From the IMG/VR virus record IMGVR_UViG_2595698890_000001, positions 14,752 to 78,751 of that record: a DNA stretch of 64,000 nucleotides. The stretch is one strand, 5' to 3'. The DNA comes from a virus. Its lineage: Duplodnaviria; Caudoviricetes. Under the pieces are notes generated by a model. It searched no databases. It worked only from the letters and a program-made list of their open reading frames with translations, and was not told where the DNA came from. Each line of letters begins with the position of its first letter. Position 1 is the first letter of the stretch. Of this stretch, positions 10,136-21,141 are shown in pieces. The translations under genes were made by a program, and so were the position numbers.

Positions 10136-10524
10136 TAGAGTTTCTAAAGCATGAGCTGGAATATGGCGACGAGGATTTTGATTTCATCATCGAAGCTGCA
10201 ATCGAAGCCGGAGACGAGATTCCGGCTTTTGCTTCAGAAGCGCCTAAACTACTCGACCCGTTAGTACCGACTTATAACATGTTCTGGGATATGTACCGTT
10301 TCAGACGTGTTACCGCTAAAAACGATTTTGTCCCTTGGGAAGTCCTTGAACGGTTCGCCGCTAAGTATGGGATTAGAGAGCTAGGAGAGTTTCAAGAGTT
10401 CTGCGAGCTGTTTCGAGAAATGGAAATGGTCTACCTAGAACACCTAGCTGAGCAACACGAGCAGGAAGAAACTCAACAGCAAGAACAAGGGGGACAGCAT
10501 GGCGGATTTCTCGGAAATTCCTAA
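10126..10524 (+). CDS. Frameshifted extension of the tail chaperone (gpGT-like), reached by -1 frameshift
   Basis: The -1 frame after GGGAAAC (10126-10132) is open (KLIEFLKHELEYG...) and joins the 10279..10524 ORF. Confidence 0.8.
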   Translation, partial: GKLIEFLKHELEYGDEDFDFIIEAAIEAGDEIPAFASEAPKLLDPLVPTYNMFWDMYRFRRVTAKNDFVPWEVLERFAAKYGIRELGEFQEFCELFREMEMVYLEHLAEQHEQEETQQQEQGGQHGGFLGNS

Positions 10525-10954
10525 AGACCTAAAGCATTTCGCTTTTACCCTCCAAGCTAATACCGAAACAAGGCAGCGTGAAGTTGCCTTGACCATCACC
10601 CGCGAGTTAATGCAGCGAAACCCTAAGAAGACGGGCAGATCCGCAGGTAACTGGCAGGTTGGTGTCAATCGCCCTAAGTTAATAGTCCAACAGCCCCCTG
10701 ACCCTGAGAAGGTGAAGTCGGGTGAGATTAGTAAAACAGCCCACGCATTCGTAAAGAAACAACTTACTAAAGCTATAAGCGAAATTACTAATTCTCCACT
10801 GTCTGGATTAGACCCGGTGATTTACATTAGTAATACTGTTGACTATGTAGTTTTACTAAACACCATTCGACCATCAAAACAGGCAGCACCGGGTTGGATT
10901 GAATCCTCTATCCGTTTCGGAGCTGACAGCACTAAAGGGGTGAAATTAAGCTAA
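10499..10954 (+). CDS. Tail completion / neck protein (HK97 gp10-like)
   Basis: PKKTGRSAGNWQVG and IYISNTVDY motifs. Confidence 0.75.
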   Translation: MADFSEIPKDLKHFAFTLQANTETRQREVALTITRELMQRNPKKTGRSAGNWQVGVNRPKLIVQQPPDPEKVKSGEISKTAHAFVKKQLTKAISEITNSPLSGLDPVIYISNTVDYVVLLNTIRPSKQAAPGWIESSIRFGADSTKGVKLS

Positions 10955-13800
10955 TGGCTGGAGAAAGCTATATCATCAAAGTCCGGCAGCAAGGTGCGCG
11001 AGAGGTCAAGCGATCTATCGAAGACATCGGAGCTGGTGCCAAGCGGACCACAAACTCATTGGAGGCTATGCGTAAAGGGCTGAACCTCCTCTTGGGCTTG
11101 TACGGTCTGACAGCACTACAACAGTATGCCGACGAATACCAAAACTTGGATGCAAAGCTGAAGATTGCAACGCATAGTACCGAAGAGCTGGCTCGTGCAG
11201 AGGACCAGCTTTTCCGCATTGCAAACAGAACGTATTCATCCTTCTCAAGTACCGTTGACCTATACGCACGTTTTGAGCGTTCTACCCGGAGCCTCAAGAT
11301 TTCGCAGGACAACTTACTACAAATCACGGAGACCGTTAACAAAGCCATCGCGTTATCCGGTGCGAGTACTCAGGCTGCTAACGCTGCAATCCTACAGCTT
11401 GGTCAGGGTATGGCTGCGGGCACGCTGCGTGGTGACGAACTTAACTCCGTACTCGAACAGGCTCCACGACTTGCCGAGGCTATTGCTACAGGCATGGGTG
11501 TAGCGGTTGGTAACTTGAAGCGCTTGGGTGAGCAGGGTCTGATCACTACCGAGCAGGTTCTGAACGCGCTAGCCTCTCAGGGTGCTGCAATCGACGAGGA
11601 GTTCCTGAACGTTAACCTGACCATCGGCAAAGCGATGGAGGTTCTTAACAACCAGATATTGCGTGCTATCGGTCAGCTGGACAGCAAGTTAGGAATCTCA
11701 TCTACTATTGCGAAAGCTTTAGTAACGTTGAGCCAAAACTTAGACCAAGTTGCAGGTGCTGCTTTAGGTGCCGCCGCTGGTCTTGCGGTCATGTACGCAC
11801 CATCATTACTAAAAGGTTTAGTAACCGTTACCAGATTAGTAAAAGGTCTGACGCTGGCGATGGTTTCCAACCCGTTCGGTGCGATTGCAGTAGCCGCTGC
11901 CACCCTCATCGGTTATCTGACCGTAATGGGCGACCAGATTCAGCCCCTGAGCGATAGTTTCGCTACTGTGGCTGACTTTGCTACCGCTGGGTTCGATATG
12001 GCTTCAGAATCGCTCTCAGGGCTTTACAGCCTAATCGAGAACGATGTGAATAACGCGCTGAACTCGATGCAGGGTCTTGCCGACGAGCTGTTTAGTAAAA
12101 TGGGACCGATAATCGACCAAGCAATGGCTATCGCCTACGATGCTGTCAACAAGGTGATCGGCGCGTTTGTAGTGGCTCGTAAGATTGCTGCCACCGTGTT
12201 CGAGGTTGCTCTGCGTGGGGCGTCTTCGCTATGGGAAGGTCTGACTGCTTTCTACGACTTCTCTGTCGGTCTTACTAAATCGCTGTTCCAGACAGTGGGT
12301 GGTATTGCCGATCAGGTATCGAAGAGCACTGGCATCACGATGGACCGACTTTTAGTAAGCTTCAAGAATGTTCTGAACACAGCTATCGGTGTGTTTACAA
12401 TCATTCCACGCTTGGCTTACCAGATGGCGGTTAGTGTGGCTAAGAACTTCGAGGCGCTGTTCGAGGACATAGGCAACATGGGTGATGCTACTATGGCTGC
12501 GCTCAAAGCTGCGTTCTCCGGTGGAGACTTTACAGCTGCCTTCGAAGCGATTCGATCACAGTCTAACGGCGCGTTGACCGACATGCGCGGAGACATGGAA
12601 GGCGTTCTGAAGGAAACATTTAGTAAAGACTACGTGGGTGATTTGATTACTCAGGTAGGCGTACTAAAAGACCAGTTCATGGACACCTTTGGCAGCGACC
12701 TTAGTAAAGACTACCTGAGCGATGCGCAAGTGTCTCTTAGTAATTTCTACAAGGAGTTTAAAGCACGTGCTGAAGACGCCGCCACTGCACGTCTCGCAGC
12801 TGAGCAGGAAGTCACGGCTGAGTACGAGAAGCAAGACAAGATCATCACCGATAGTCCGGCATTCAGTACCGACCAGATTGCTGAGTTTACTAAGAAGCTT
12901 AACGGTATGCGTGAGACCCTTAACGGCATGAACCCAACTTGGGAGCGTTCACTAGAGGTGATCGGCACATGGCGTGACGGTGCCTTAGATGCTGTGGACA
13001 AGAACTGGGAGCGATACCAAGAGTACGCGGACATGGTTAACGAGGTAACTCGTGAGAAGATCACGGCTGCGTACTGGGAGATGATGGATAGCTCTGAGAA
13101 CGCATTCGAAGGCATGATCTCTAAAGCCAATGAGATGCAGAAGGAGTACGACAACGTAGCCGCTCTGATGAAGAAGGGTATCGGGACAGTAATCGACGGA
13201 CTTACTAACCAGTTAATGCAGTTCGCAATGACAGGTAAACTAAGCTTCCGTGAGCTGGCTTCTAGTCTGGCAATGTCCATCGCCCAGATGATGATGCGTA
13301 TGCTTGTCATGCGTGCTGTTCTGGCAGCGTTGAACGTTATCCCGGGCTTCTCGGCTGCTATGGCTGGTGCCGACGTTGCTGGTCAGGCAATGACGGGGGC
13401 TGGCGCTGCCGCCAACTTCGCGCAATCCACGGCTACCCTCCAGCAGGGTATGGGTCAGGCTCAAGCCGCTGGCGCTAAGATGTACGCTAAGGGCGGTATC
13501 TTTAGTAAGGGTGTGGAGATGTTCGCTAACGGAGCTGCGTTCACGAATAGCGTGGTGTCCCGACCAACGAACTTCGCAATGGCTGGCGGTCTTGGTATGA
13601 TGGGCGAAGCAGGTCCCGAGGCAATCATGCCTCTATCACGAGGATCAGACGGTAAGCTAGGCGTTCAGGCTAGTGGTTCCGCTTCTCCCGAGGTCAACGT
13701 GTACTTTGTACAGAGTGCCGAGGAAGCGGCAGAGCTTATGGCACAAAACCCTAAAGCAGTTAATAAATTAGTAAGAGCAATAGACGAGGTTAAAGGATAA
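10954..13800 (+). CDS. Tail tape measure protein
   Basis: 948 aa Ala-rich helical protein; QLGQGMAAGTLRGDELNSVLEQAP tape-measure motif; GEAGPEAIMPL C-terminus. Confidence 0.95.
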   Translation: MAGESYIIKVRQQGAREVKRSIEDIGAGAKRTTNSLEAMRKGLNLLLGLYGLTALQQYADEYQNLDAKLKIATHSTEELARAEDQLFRIANRTYSSFSSTVDLYARFERSTRSLKISQDNLLQITETVNKAIALSGASTQAANAAILQLGQGMAAGTLRGDELNSVLEQAPRLAEAIATGMGVAVGNLKRLGEQGLITTEQVLNALASQGAAIDEEFLNVNLTIGKAMEVLNNQILRAIGQLDSKLGISSTIAKALVTLSQNLDQVAGAALGAAAGLAVMYAPSLLKGLVTVTRLVKGLTLAMVSNPFGAIAVAAATLIGYLTVMGDQIQPLSDSFATVADFATAGFDMASESLSGLYSLIENDVNNALNSMQGLADELFSKMGPIIDQAMAIAYDAVNKVIGAFVVARKIAATVFEVALRGASSLWEGLTAFYDFSVGLTKSLFQTVGGIADQVSKSTGITMDRLLVSFKNVLNTAIGVFTIIPRLAYQMAVSVAKNFEALFEDIGNMGDATMAALKAAFSGGDFTAAFEAIRSQSNGALTDMRGDMEGVLKETFSKDYVGDLITQVGVLKDQFMDTFGSDLSKDYLSDAQVSLSNFYKEFKARAEDAATARLAAEQEVTAEYEKQDKIITDSPAFSTDQIAEFTKKLNGMRETLNGMNPTWERSLEVIGTWRDGALDAVDKNWERYQEYADMVNEVTREKITAAYWEMMDSSENAFEGMISKANEMQKEYDNVAALMKKGIGTVIDGLTNQLMQFAMTGKLSFRELASSLAMSIAQMMMRMLVMRAVLAALNVIPGFSAAMAGADVAGQAMTGAGAAANFAQSTATLQQGMGQAQAAGAKMYAKGGIFSKGVEMFANGAAFTNSVVSRPTNFAMAGGLGMMGEAGPEAIMPLSRGSDGKLGVQASGSASPEVNVYFVQSAEEAAELMAQNPKAVNKLVRAIDEVKG

Positions 13801-13803
13801 AAA

Positions 13804-14625
13804 ATGGCATTTCAAACGGGAACAGCCTCGGGCTACAAAGACCTGATGGCTAAGCTCCGAACGTTTGCTACAGCCAATGGGTGGGAGTCTGTTAAGTACT
13901 CCAACCCATCTAGTGGCGAGCACGAGCTAGTATTAAAATCCACAGGACCGGGCGGGGATGACTCCATCCATGTCGGCTACCGTACAGTCACCAACACAGC
14001 ATCGGACTACTTCAACTGGGACTTATGGACATCGCAGGTGTACACAGGCGGTGACTTCTGGTCTCAGGCTGGGCAATCTCCGCGCCGCTGCTTACTACTA
14101 TGGAATAACAATATTCCATACTGGTTTGTAGTTACTAAGCGAAGTATCGTCGTGGTGGCTAACGTAAGTACTACCTACCATGTTTCATACAACGGGCTGA
14201 TCACTCCATACACCTCTAAGGGGCACTGGGTTGCTCCGCTAGCCAGCGGTGCCTCTAGTAGTGTTAATACCCTGCGCTGGTCGGACACGAGTGCTAACGT
14301 GGGTGGTCTGCAAAAGGTAAACGGTACGGCTACGATAACAATCCGCGATAAGGACGGGAATTGGGCGAACGTACACACGATGTATCCGCATTCTGGAGGA
14401 GGTCCTATTTTACTAAATGGGTACTCCTCGGGAAACAAGGCGGTCCAACAGTATATCTATTTTGCATCGGACCGTGTTCTGGGGGAGCCTGAGAACCTAT
14501 TCTACGTGAATGGCGCTACACTACAGCCGGGACAGACTTTGAATAACGAACAAGGCAATTTCGTATGTATCCCCAACATATTCCGGTCGGGGGTTCAGGA
14601 TTTCTACGCAGTGAGGTTAGTATAA
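13804..14625 (+). CDS. Virion structural / minor tail protein
   Basis: MAFQTGTA start and beta-rich composition typical of post-tape-measure virion proteins. Confidence 0.65.
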   Translation: MAFQTGTASGYKDLMAKLRTFATANGWESVKYSNPSSGEHELVLKSTGPGGDDSIHVGYRTVTNTASDYFNWDLWTSQVYTGGDFWSQAGQSPRRCLLLWNNNIPYWFVVTKRSIVVVANVSTTYHVSYNGLITPYTSKGHWVAPLASGASSSVNTLRWSDTSANVGGLQKVNGTATITIRDKDGNWANVHTMYPHSGGGPILLNGYSSGNKAVQQYIYFASDRVLGEPENLFYVNGATLQPGQTLNNEQGNFVCIPNIFRSGVQDFYAVRLV

Positions 14626-15554
14626 TGCCTTTTTACTCATTAACTGGGGTGGAGACACCCGAGAAATTGTTCGCAGCCGTAAAGGAGAAGTTAGAACTTA
14701 ACGGCTACGCCAACGTAACAGCGACAGCTTCCTCCGTAGTGTTCGAAGGACCTACCACAGCCTCCGGTCAGCGTTGGAGCGGCTACTGCTCGGTAGGTAA
14801 GCAAGGGTCGCAGCGGTCCTACTACACGTCTATCTCCGTGGGTGAGGGTGTGTCTGGAACATCCCACATCAACAGCTCGGGGAACGCGACTCCCCTGAAT
14901 AACGGCAACTACAACAGACAGACTAACCATAACATCTGGATCAACGGTGATACTACGTTGCAGCTCTTCATTACCAAGCGGGCGGTTATACTGCGTATAA
15001 TCGGAAGAGACGCTGCCTACGCAAGCAGTGACTTCAACAATACGATGATCGTGTATGCTCTGGGTAAGACTACCGGGGAGTTCGGAAGTAAAGACTTCAT
15101 CCTGTGCTCAGGACCGCAGAGTAAAATAGTTGGTCGCTGGTACTACTCAACAGCACTAGGCACTCCGTACAGGTCCTACAACGGCGGAGCTCCCGAGACC
15201 AACACCAAGATCTTAAAGTACGACACCGCTGGTAACAAGAGCTGGGCTAACAGTAGATCGTCGGAGAATGGATTCTACGGTAAGGCGGGGGATGCTAACT
15301 CAGAGGGCAGGTACATGGGGATTCTTAGTAAGATGAAATTCCCAGATAGTATGACCACCGTGATGATGCCGATGTACATCCGGTCAGGGGGAGAGCTCTA
15401 CGGTGAGCTAGACAGTATGAGAGCCGTCCCCATGACTTACTACAACACGGGAGGCTCCTTCACACTAAACTCCAAGAAATGGCTGGTGTGCAGTACCACG
15501 GAGTACCGAGCGGACAACAACGCGCACATGGGCTTCGCGCTGAGAGAGGACTGA
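14625..15554 (+). CDS. Minor tail protein, probably a distant paralog of the preceding gene
   Basis: TAATG coupling; similar architecture, rich in Gly, Ser, Tyr and Asn. Confidence 0.55.
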   Translation: MPFYSLTGVETPEKLFAAVKEKLELNGYANVTATASSVVFEGPTTASGQRWSGYCSVGKQGSQRSYYTSISVGEGVSGTSHINSSGNATPLNNGNYNRQTNHNIWINGDTTLQLFITKRAVILRIIGRDAAYASSDFNNTMIVYALGKTTGEFGSKDFILCSGPQSKIVGRWYYSTALGTPYRSYNGGAPETNTKILKYDTAGNKSWANSRSSENGFYGKAGDANSEGRYMGILSKMKFPDSMTTVMMPMYIRSGGELYGELDSMRAVPMTYYNTGGSFTLNSKKWLVCSTTEYRADNNAHMGFALRED

Positions 15555-17230
15555 TGGCAGACGGATACTTACTAACTGGGGCGCTATGGTCCCAGTTGAT
15601 ACCAGACCCACCGATCCCTACACCGCAGCCACTGTATGACGGGGGTCGGAACTTAACGTACGCTTCTCCGGGATCAGTTAGGGCTCGTGAGCAGCCGCCT
15701 ACAGGCAGGAAGGCTTACTCCCACTTGGGATTCTGGGAGGACTTCAAGAACACCCTGTTCATACAGCCACAGGAGATTGACCTCGGGGCGATCCTAACGG
15801 CTAGTACGCACTCAATTAAGGTGTGGTCCTCGTACGAGACCACCCTTACAGCACCGAGTGTAACCGCCACCGGAACAACTGGTCTGGAGATCTCAGGCAC
15901 TACCAGCAACGTCAAGCTGTATCCGTATGGTGGCTTCCAAGACTATACGGTCAGCGTTACTATGGGAGTGGTAGGCGTTCTTGATGCTAAGTATAAATGG
16001 GAGTTCCCGAGCATACCGGACGCACTGAAAACTCTTAGTATTACGGGCACGAGGGTTATCATCTACGATGCGCCCCCACAGAAGCGCGTGCAGGAGAAGT
16101 TGTCGTGGAAGACGCAGGTGATTAAGACGATCAACACGGACGAGCAACGCCTCAGACTGCGTGAGCGACCTGAGTACTCTGTCACCTACAAGGCATTGTT
16201 GCGTATTGAGGACTCCACGGCGTATGAGGCTATGATGTTCGGCTTAGGTTCGGGCGCTCTGGCTGTCCCGCTATGGCATGAGAGCGTTAGGCATAATGGG
16301 ACTATCCCTGCGGGCGCTAAGTCTATCAACATCCCGACCAACCTTAGTAACTTCGCGCAGGGTCAGCGTGTTGTTCTGTGGGCGGGCATGGACTCTTACG
16401 AGACTGTAGAGCTAGCGTCTGTGGGTAGCGGCACGATGTCGTTCAAGGCAGCTACACTCAGGGCGTGGGAATCTCCTCTAGTAATACCGCTGTACTACGG
16501 TAACGTGGATAAGAGCTCGTACGGAAAGTACCGTGTATCAGCTGTGGCAAGCACAGTGCAGTACACTATGGTAGATACGCTAGACATAGGGACAAGACAA
16601 CCATACCCGACTTACGAGGGACTGGCGATCCTTACGGACACGCTTTTTACTTTTAGTAAAAACGCCCCGACGGACATCCACCACGACACCCACGAGCTCA
16701 AACTAGGGTTTAAACCGCCGACAAATGTAGCCAAGTTCAAGTACCCAAGTGTTACTAAGGACTGGGATGTTGTTCTGTATGGTCAGGAAGATGTGCTCAA
16801 CTTCAAGAAATGGCTTAACCTACTTGGTGGGCAGCAAAAGCCATTCTGGTATCGCACGGGGCGCAAGGAGATTCTTCCTTTTGGAACGTCGCTGACCACG
16901 GGTAAGGACCTAAAAATAAAGGACGTGGGGTATGCGGAGTACTACGCCGGGGTTGCTACGCGGAAATGGATTGCAGTGCAGCGAAAGAGCGATATGTCTT
17001 GGCAGTACTTCTCTGTTACTAAAGCTACTAAGGGTGAGTCTTCTCCGGGAGACTCTAAATTTGAGATCCTGACGTTGGACAGGAACCTCCCGTACGAGAT
17101 AGACCCTTCGGCGGTGGAGATGATCTGCCTACTTATTCCAGTACGACTTGCTTCCGATGAGGTTGTGATAGACTGGGAGGACCTAACGTACGCTAGAAGT
17201 TCACTCAAGATATTGGAGGTTAGTAAATAA
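15554..17230 (+). CDS. Minor tail / distal tail protein
   Basis: TGATG coupling; EQRLRLR-P, AVPLW and GQQKPFW motifs of siphovirus tail proteins. Confidence 0.7.
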   Translation: MADGYLLTGALWSQLIPDPPIPTPQPLYDGGRNLTYASPGSVRAREQPPTGRKAYSHLGFWEDFKNTLFIQPQEIDLGAILTASTHSIKVWSSYETTLTAPSVTATGTTGLEISGTTSNVKLYPYGGFQDYTVSVTMGVVGVLDAKYKWEFPSIPDALKTLSITGTRVIIYDAPPQKRVQEKLSWKTQVIKTINTDEQRLRLRERPEYSVTYKALLRIEDSTAYEAMMFGLGSGALAVPLWHESVRHNGTIPAGAKSINIPTNLSNFAQGQRVVLWAGMDSYETVELASVGSGTMSFKAATLRAWESPLVIPLYYGNVDKSSYGKYRVSAVASTVQYTMVDTLDIGTRQPYPTYEGLAILTDTLFTFSKNAPTDIHHDTHELKLGFKPPTNVAKFKYPSVTKDWDVVLYGQEDVLNFKKWLNLLGGQQKPFWYRTGRKEILPFGTSLTTGKDLKIKDVGYAEYYAGVATRKWIAVQRKSDMSWQYFSVTKATKGESSPGDSKFEILTLDRNLPYEIDPSAVEMICLLIPVRLASDEVVIDWEDLTYARSSLKILEVSK

Positions 17231-18042
17231 TGAGCTACAACGGTAAAGAGGGTAGCTTGTATGATGGTAGACCAGTAACGGTCTACCACTTCAACTACGG
17301 CGGTAAAGACTACTGGTACACTTCAGCTGATACGGCTATAAAAGACCCCACGGGGTCTTTCGATATTCCACCAGTCCACATTAAGCACGGAACGATCAAG
17401 GAGACTACCGAGGACAAGCGTGCTTCCGTCAAGATAGAGCTGGACGCACACACGGACCTTGGGAAAGCCCTGCGGGTCAACCCCGTAGATTCAGTGTGTA
17501 AGGTGAATATACTGCGAACACATCGTAACGACACTGCTAAGCAGTGGGTCTACTACTGGAGAGGTAACGTGTCGTTGGTGGGTAGGGAGGAAGCTCAAGT
17601 GCTAGCCCTTGAGTGCTCACACATGCTTACCGCGCTTGCGACTGGCGGGCTTAGAGCCCGATACAACTACCACTGCCCACACGCGCTGTACGGACCGAGC
17701 TGTAGAGCCAAGGTGACACCCGATAAGACTAAGGAGTTCGTGGTTTCAGCAATCTCCGGGAGCCATGTCAGCCTGACCGGGTGGTCTGCGACAAAATGGT
17801 GGGATGGTGGTCAACTACATTTTGCCAGTGAGAGTCATAGGCGTTACATTATGACCTCCAACACTACGGGTGTTACGCTAGACGCCGTTCCTCGGGGTCT
17901 GTCCGTAGGGGATACAGTTACCCTACAAGCAGGGTGCGACCGGACTAAGGCTACGTGCCAAACTAAGTTTAGTAACCTGCCAAATTACGGCGGCTACCTA
18001 GCGGTCCCGGTAAAGAACCCGTTCCAAGACGGGATTGTTTAA
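17230..18042 (+). CDS. Tail tip assembly protein (DUF2163 / BR0599 family)
   Basis: CPHALYGPSC and AGCDRT-TC-KFSN-NYGG Cys motifs. Confidence 0.9.
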   Translation: MSYNGKEGSLYDGRPVTVYHFNYGGKDYWYTSADTAIKDPTGSFDIPPVHIKHGTIKETTEDKRASVKIELDAHTDLGKALRVNPVDSVCKVNILRTHRNDTAKQWVYYWRGNVSLVGREEAQVLALECSHMLTALATGGLRARYNYHCPHALYGPSCRAKVTPDKTKEFVVSAISGSHVSLTGWSATKWWDGGQLHFASESHRRYIMTSNTTGVTLDAVPRGLSVGDTVTLQAGCDRTKATCQTKFSNLPNYGGYLAVPVKNPFQDGIV

Positions 18043-18062
18043 GTTTAGTAAAAGGGGGTTTT

Positions 18063-18302
18063 ATGGCAATACAAGCACTGTGGTATCTAGTTGTGCTAGT
18101 GGTGGCGCTCATAGTCGCTGTAGCTCTAGCGCCCAAACCACCAAAACCGGATTCACCACAGACTGATGACATTAACGCTCCGACAGCTTCCGAGAACGAG
18201 CTAATCCCGGTGGCTTTCGGAACCACGTGGCTACAGAAGCCAAACATAGTCTGGTACGGTAAAACTGGCACGGACGAGATTAGGACGAAAGGTGGTAAGT
18301 AA
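18063..18302 (+). CDS. Small tail assembly protein
   Basis: Hydrophobic N-terminus; PTASE-IPVAFGT-PNIVWYG motif. Confidence 0.75.
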   Translation: MAIQALWYLVVLVVALIVAVALAPKPPKPDSPQTDDINAPTASENELIPVAFGTTWLQKPNIVWYGKTGTDEIRTKGGK

Positions 18303-18547
18303 TGGCAGACCGCGTAGAGCTCCTGCCGGGGGAGGAGGATTTCAGGATCTTCCTCTCCGATTTCGATCAGGAGTCTGTAAAACAATTCAACTGTCATAGC
18401 GGTATGCGTGACAAGTGCTCCCACTACGACCTTGACTGGTGGGATTTTCTTAACAACGGGATCATGTTTTCAGAGTTGCAAGCACTGGAGGATGGTCAGG
18501 TAAACCGATGCTTAGTGGAGATTTTAAATGGGCGGCGGAAAGGGTAG
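18302..18547 (+). CDS. Small tail assembly protein
   Basis: C-SGMR...LDWWDFLNNGI motif; synteny. Confidence 0.65.
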   Translation: MADRVELLPGEEDFRIFLSDFDQESVKQFNCHSGMRDKCSHYDLDWWDFLNNGIMFSELQALEDGQVNRCLVEILNGRRKG

Positions 18548-21086
18548 TAAGAGTCAGGTAACGGGCTATAAGTACTACGGATCGATGCACCTTGTACTCT
18601 GCCATCGTGGTATCGAGTCGATAGACCGAATCCGCGTAGGCGATAAAGTAGTATCGAGTGAGGTGATCACTCGTAGTAACAATCTAAAACTAATGGACAA
18701 GTGGAACACTTTTGGCGGCGATAAGCGCGAGGGTGGTGTAGTAGGTTTTACTAAATTCTTCTTCGGAGACGACGACCAGTACGTTAGCTCCGTCATCGAC
18801 GGGCTGTTCGAGAGTGGCATTGCGTACCGTGGAGTTGTGTCTGCGGTAATGCCGAAGATGTACTTCTCGGCAAACAACCCGTACATCAAGCCGTGGTCGT
18901 TTCGCGTCCGGTCTTTCCCAGACACTCCGGGGCTAAGCAGAACACATGTTAAGATCGCTATCTCTGATGGTGTGGAGAACATGAACCCAGCACATATCAT
19001 CTACGCTTGCTTAGTATCTCGCAGTGACCGTTGGGGTCTTGGTCTTAACTACCAGGATGATATAGATGTAGGCTCGTTCGCTTCAGCTGCCCAGATTATG
19101 TACACCGAGAAGCTGGGTCTGGGAATTTCATGGGATAACAACGCCGGGGTAGACGACTTCATACAGGAGATCCTACGGCACATAGACGGCGCTTTATTTG
19201 TGGACCAGACAAGCGGCAAGCTGAAGCTGAAGCTTTTCCGTGGCGATTACAAGGTCGAGGATTTGGACACGCTCGATGGCAGCATAATTCACGACATTGA
19301 GAAGTTTGACTACCCACAGTGGGGCAATATAACCACTCAAGTCACTGTTAGTTACGTGGACGCAGCTGAAGGAAAGCACAAGCCTGTGACTGTTCATAAC
19401 GTTGCAGCGCGTGACATTCAGGGGAGAGACGTAGCCGCAGAGCTCAAATTCCCGGGAATTAACAATAAGTGGTTGGCTAACCGAATTGCTTCACGAGAGC
19501 TCAACCAGTTGTCCCGACGTTTAGTAAATGGCGTGCTGATCTGTAACCGAAAAGCGTCCAAATACTCGATAGGCGATGTAGTAATCGTTGACCTGCCTGA
19601 GCGCGAGTTGGATAAGTTAGTAATGCGCGTGATAGAGAAGGCGTACGGGTCGGAGCTGGATGAGAAGGTACGCCTTACGGTAGTTGAGGACACCTTCAAG
19701 ACTGTAGACCCGCTGGTGACAGACGACAGCGATTCCAGCTGGACGAGTCCAGACAAAGCGCCGGAGCCTGTGGACTACCAGAAGCTCACTGAAGCCACCT
19801 ACTGGGAAGTCGTTTCTTTCGTAGGCGACTCGCCTATCGACTGGGACACACTGGGTGACAACTTCGGCTTTGTGCGTACTCTGGCAGTTAGCGACGTTGG
19901 TTTCGGTTACGACATCTATTCCACGACTGGGGGCAGTAGCGGTACTTTCGAAGATAAGTCAGACGGTCAGTTTACTAACCGTGGGCAGCTTACAGCAGCC
20001 CTACCTATAAATACCCCAGCGGAGACAAAAGTCCTCGTCAAGAATCTACAGGACAAGAGCATCGTGCCTACCAATGTTCCAGTGCTAATCGGCGCGGAAT
20101 GGTGTTGGCTTAAAGCGTTCAATCAGCTTACAGGCGAGATGACCGTGCTCCGTGGTATCAATGACACCGTTCCAGCTGCCCACGCTATTGATACTGAGGT
20201 GTGGGTATGTCGTGACGTAGGAACCTCGTTTGACACTACTAAGTATCTAGTGGGGCAGACAGCGACGGTTAAGCTTCTTACTAAGACTCCTTCGGGCACA
20301 CTAGCTCTTAACAGGGCTCCAAGCGCGTCGATAACCCTGAGTAACCGAGCGCACAGACCGTACCCTCCAGCACGACTACGCATCAACGGATCGTATCTGG
20401 CTACGTCCTCTGGGGAACGCCTGAAGGTGGAGTGGGTACACCGCAACCGTCTAATGCAGTCTGATAAGGTCCCTATGTCTCAAGCAGACGGTAGTATTGC
20501 TTCAGAGGCGGGCGTAACCTACGAGCTGGCTATCAAGGGCGCGGTGAGTGGTACGGCGCTGATTGACAAGAAGGGTATTACTGGGACACTCGAAGAGATT
20601 AACCAGAAGGACCACTTGTACAAACTGAGCCGTGCAGACAAGCAGGTGCGCGTAGAGCTACAATCACGTCGCGCTTACGGAAAGTCTACGCTGACATCGT
20701 TTACTAAATGGAACCACCTAGTAACATGGAACCCGCCGGAGACCGACACAGTTACCCCGGAAGGTGGTCAGGCATACAAGCTAGGCGACCGTGTTAACGA
20801 CATCCACCTCCAGTACAAGGACTCGTACGCAGAATACAAGTTCGACCTATCGGCGGACCGTGCGCGTAACAACGCCCTCACCATCGAGGTTCGCAAGACG
20901 AACATGCAGGGTGAGATGATCCAAGTTGAAGTATTCCGAAACAATAGTCGCGTGTACAACAGTACTAAGCAGGTTGGTAGTATCTGGCGGGTCAGTTCGC
21001 TCCAAGAAGGTGCGTACCGGATCAAGATGAGCAACAAGTCTACTGTTACGGATGTAAACATGCTGGCAAGACTTGTTCCAGCGTAA
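18528..21086 (+). CDS. Tail tip / central fibre (host specificity) protein
   Basis: MGGGKG-VTGYKY start, MNPAHIIY and phage-tail domain features; divergent C-terminal receptor-binding part. Confidence 0.85.
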   Translation: MGGGKGSKSQVTGYKYYGSMHLVLCHRGIESIDRIRVGDKVVSSEVITRSNNLKLMDKWNTFGGDKREGGVVGFTKFFFGDDDQYVSSVIDGLFESGIAYRGVVSAVMPKMYFSANNPYIKPWSFRVRSFPDTPGLSRTHVKIAISDGVENMNPAHIIYACLVSRSDRWGLGLNYQDDIDVGSFASAAQIMYTEKLGLGISWDNNAGVDDFIQEILRHIDGALFVDQTSGKLKLKLFRGDYKVEDLDTLDGSIIHDIEKFDYPQWGNITTQVTVSYVDAAEGKHKPVTVHNVAARDIQGRDVAAELKFPGINNKWLANRIASRELNQLSRRLVNGVLICNRKASKYSIGDVVIVDLPERELDKLVMRVIEKAYGSELDEKVRLTVVEDTFKTVDPLVTDDSDSSWTSPDKAPEPVDYQKLTEATYWEVVSFVGDSPIDWDTLGDNFGFVRTLAVSDVGFGYDIYSTTGGSSGTFEDKSDGQFTNRGQLTAALPINTPAETKVLVKNLQDKSIVPTNVPVLIGAEWCWLKAFNQLTGEMTVLRGINDTVPAAHAIDTEVWVCRDVGTSFDTTKYLVGQTATVKLLTKTPSGTLALNRAPSASITLSNRAHRPYPPARLRINGSYLATSSGERLKVEWVHRNRLMQSDKVPMSQADGSIASEAGVTYELAIKGAVSGTALIDKKGITGTLEEINQKDHLYKLSRADKQVRVELQSRRAYGKSTLTSFTKWNHLVTWNPPETDTVTPEGGQAYKLGDRVNDIHLQYKDSYAEYKFDLSADRARNNALTIEVRKTNMQGEMIQVEVFRNNSRVYNSTKQVGSIWRVSSLQEGAYRIKMSNKSTVTDVNMLARLVPA

Positions 21087-21141
21087 CCTAGTGCTCAAGT
21101 ATTAGTATGTGAGCTTTTCTGTAACTAATTGAGGTGATAGT

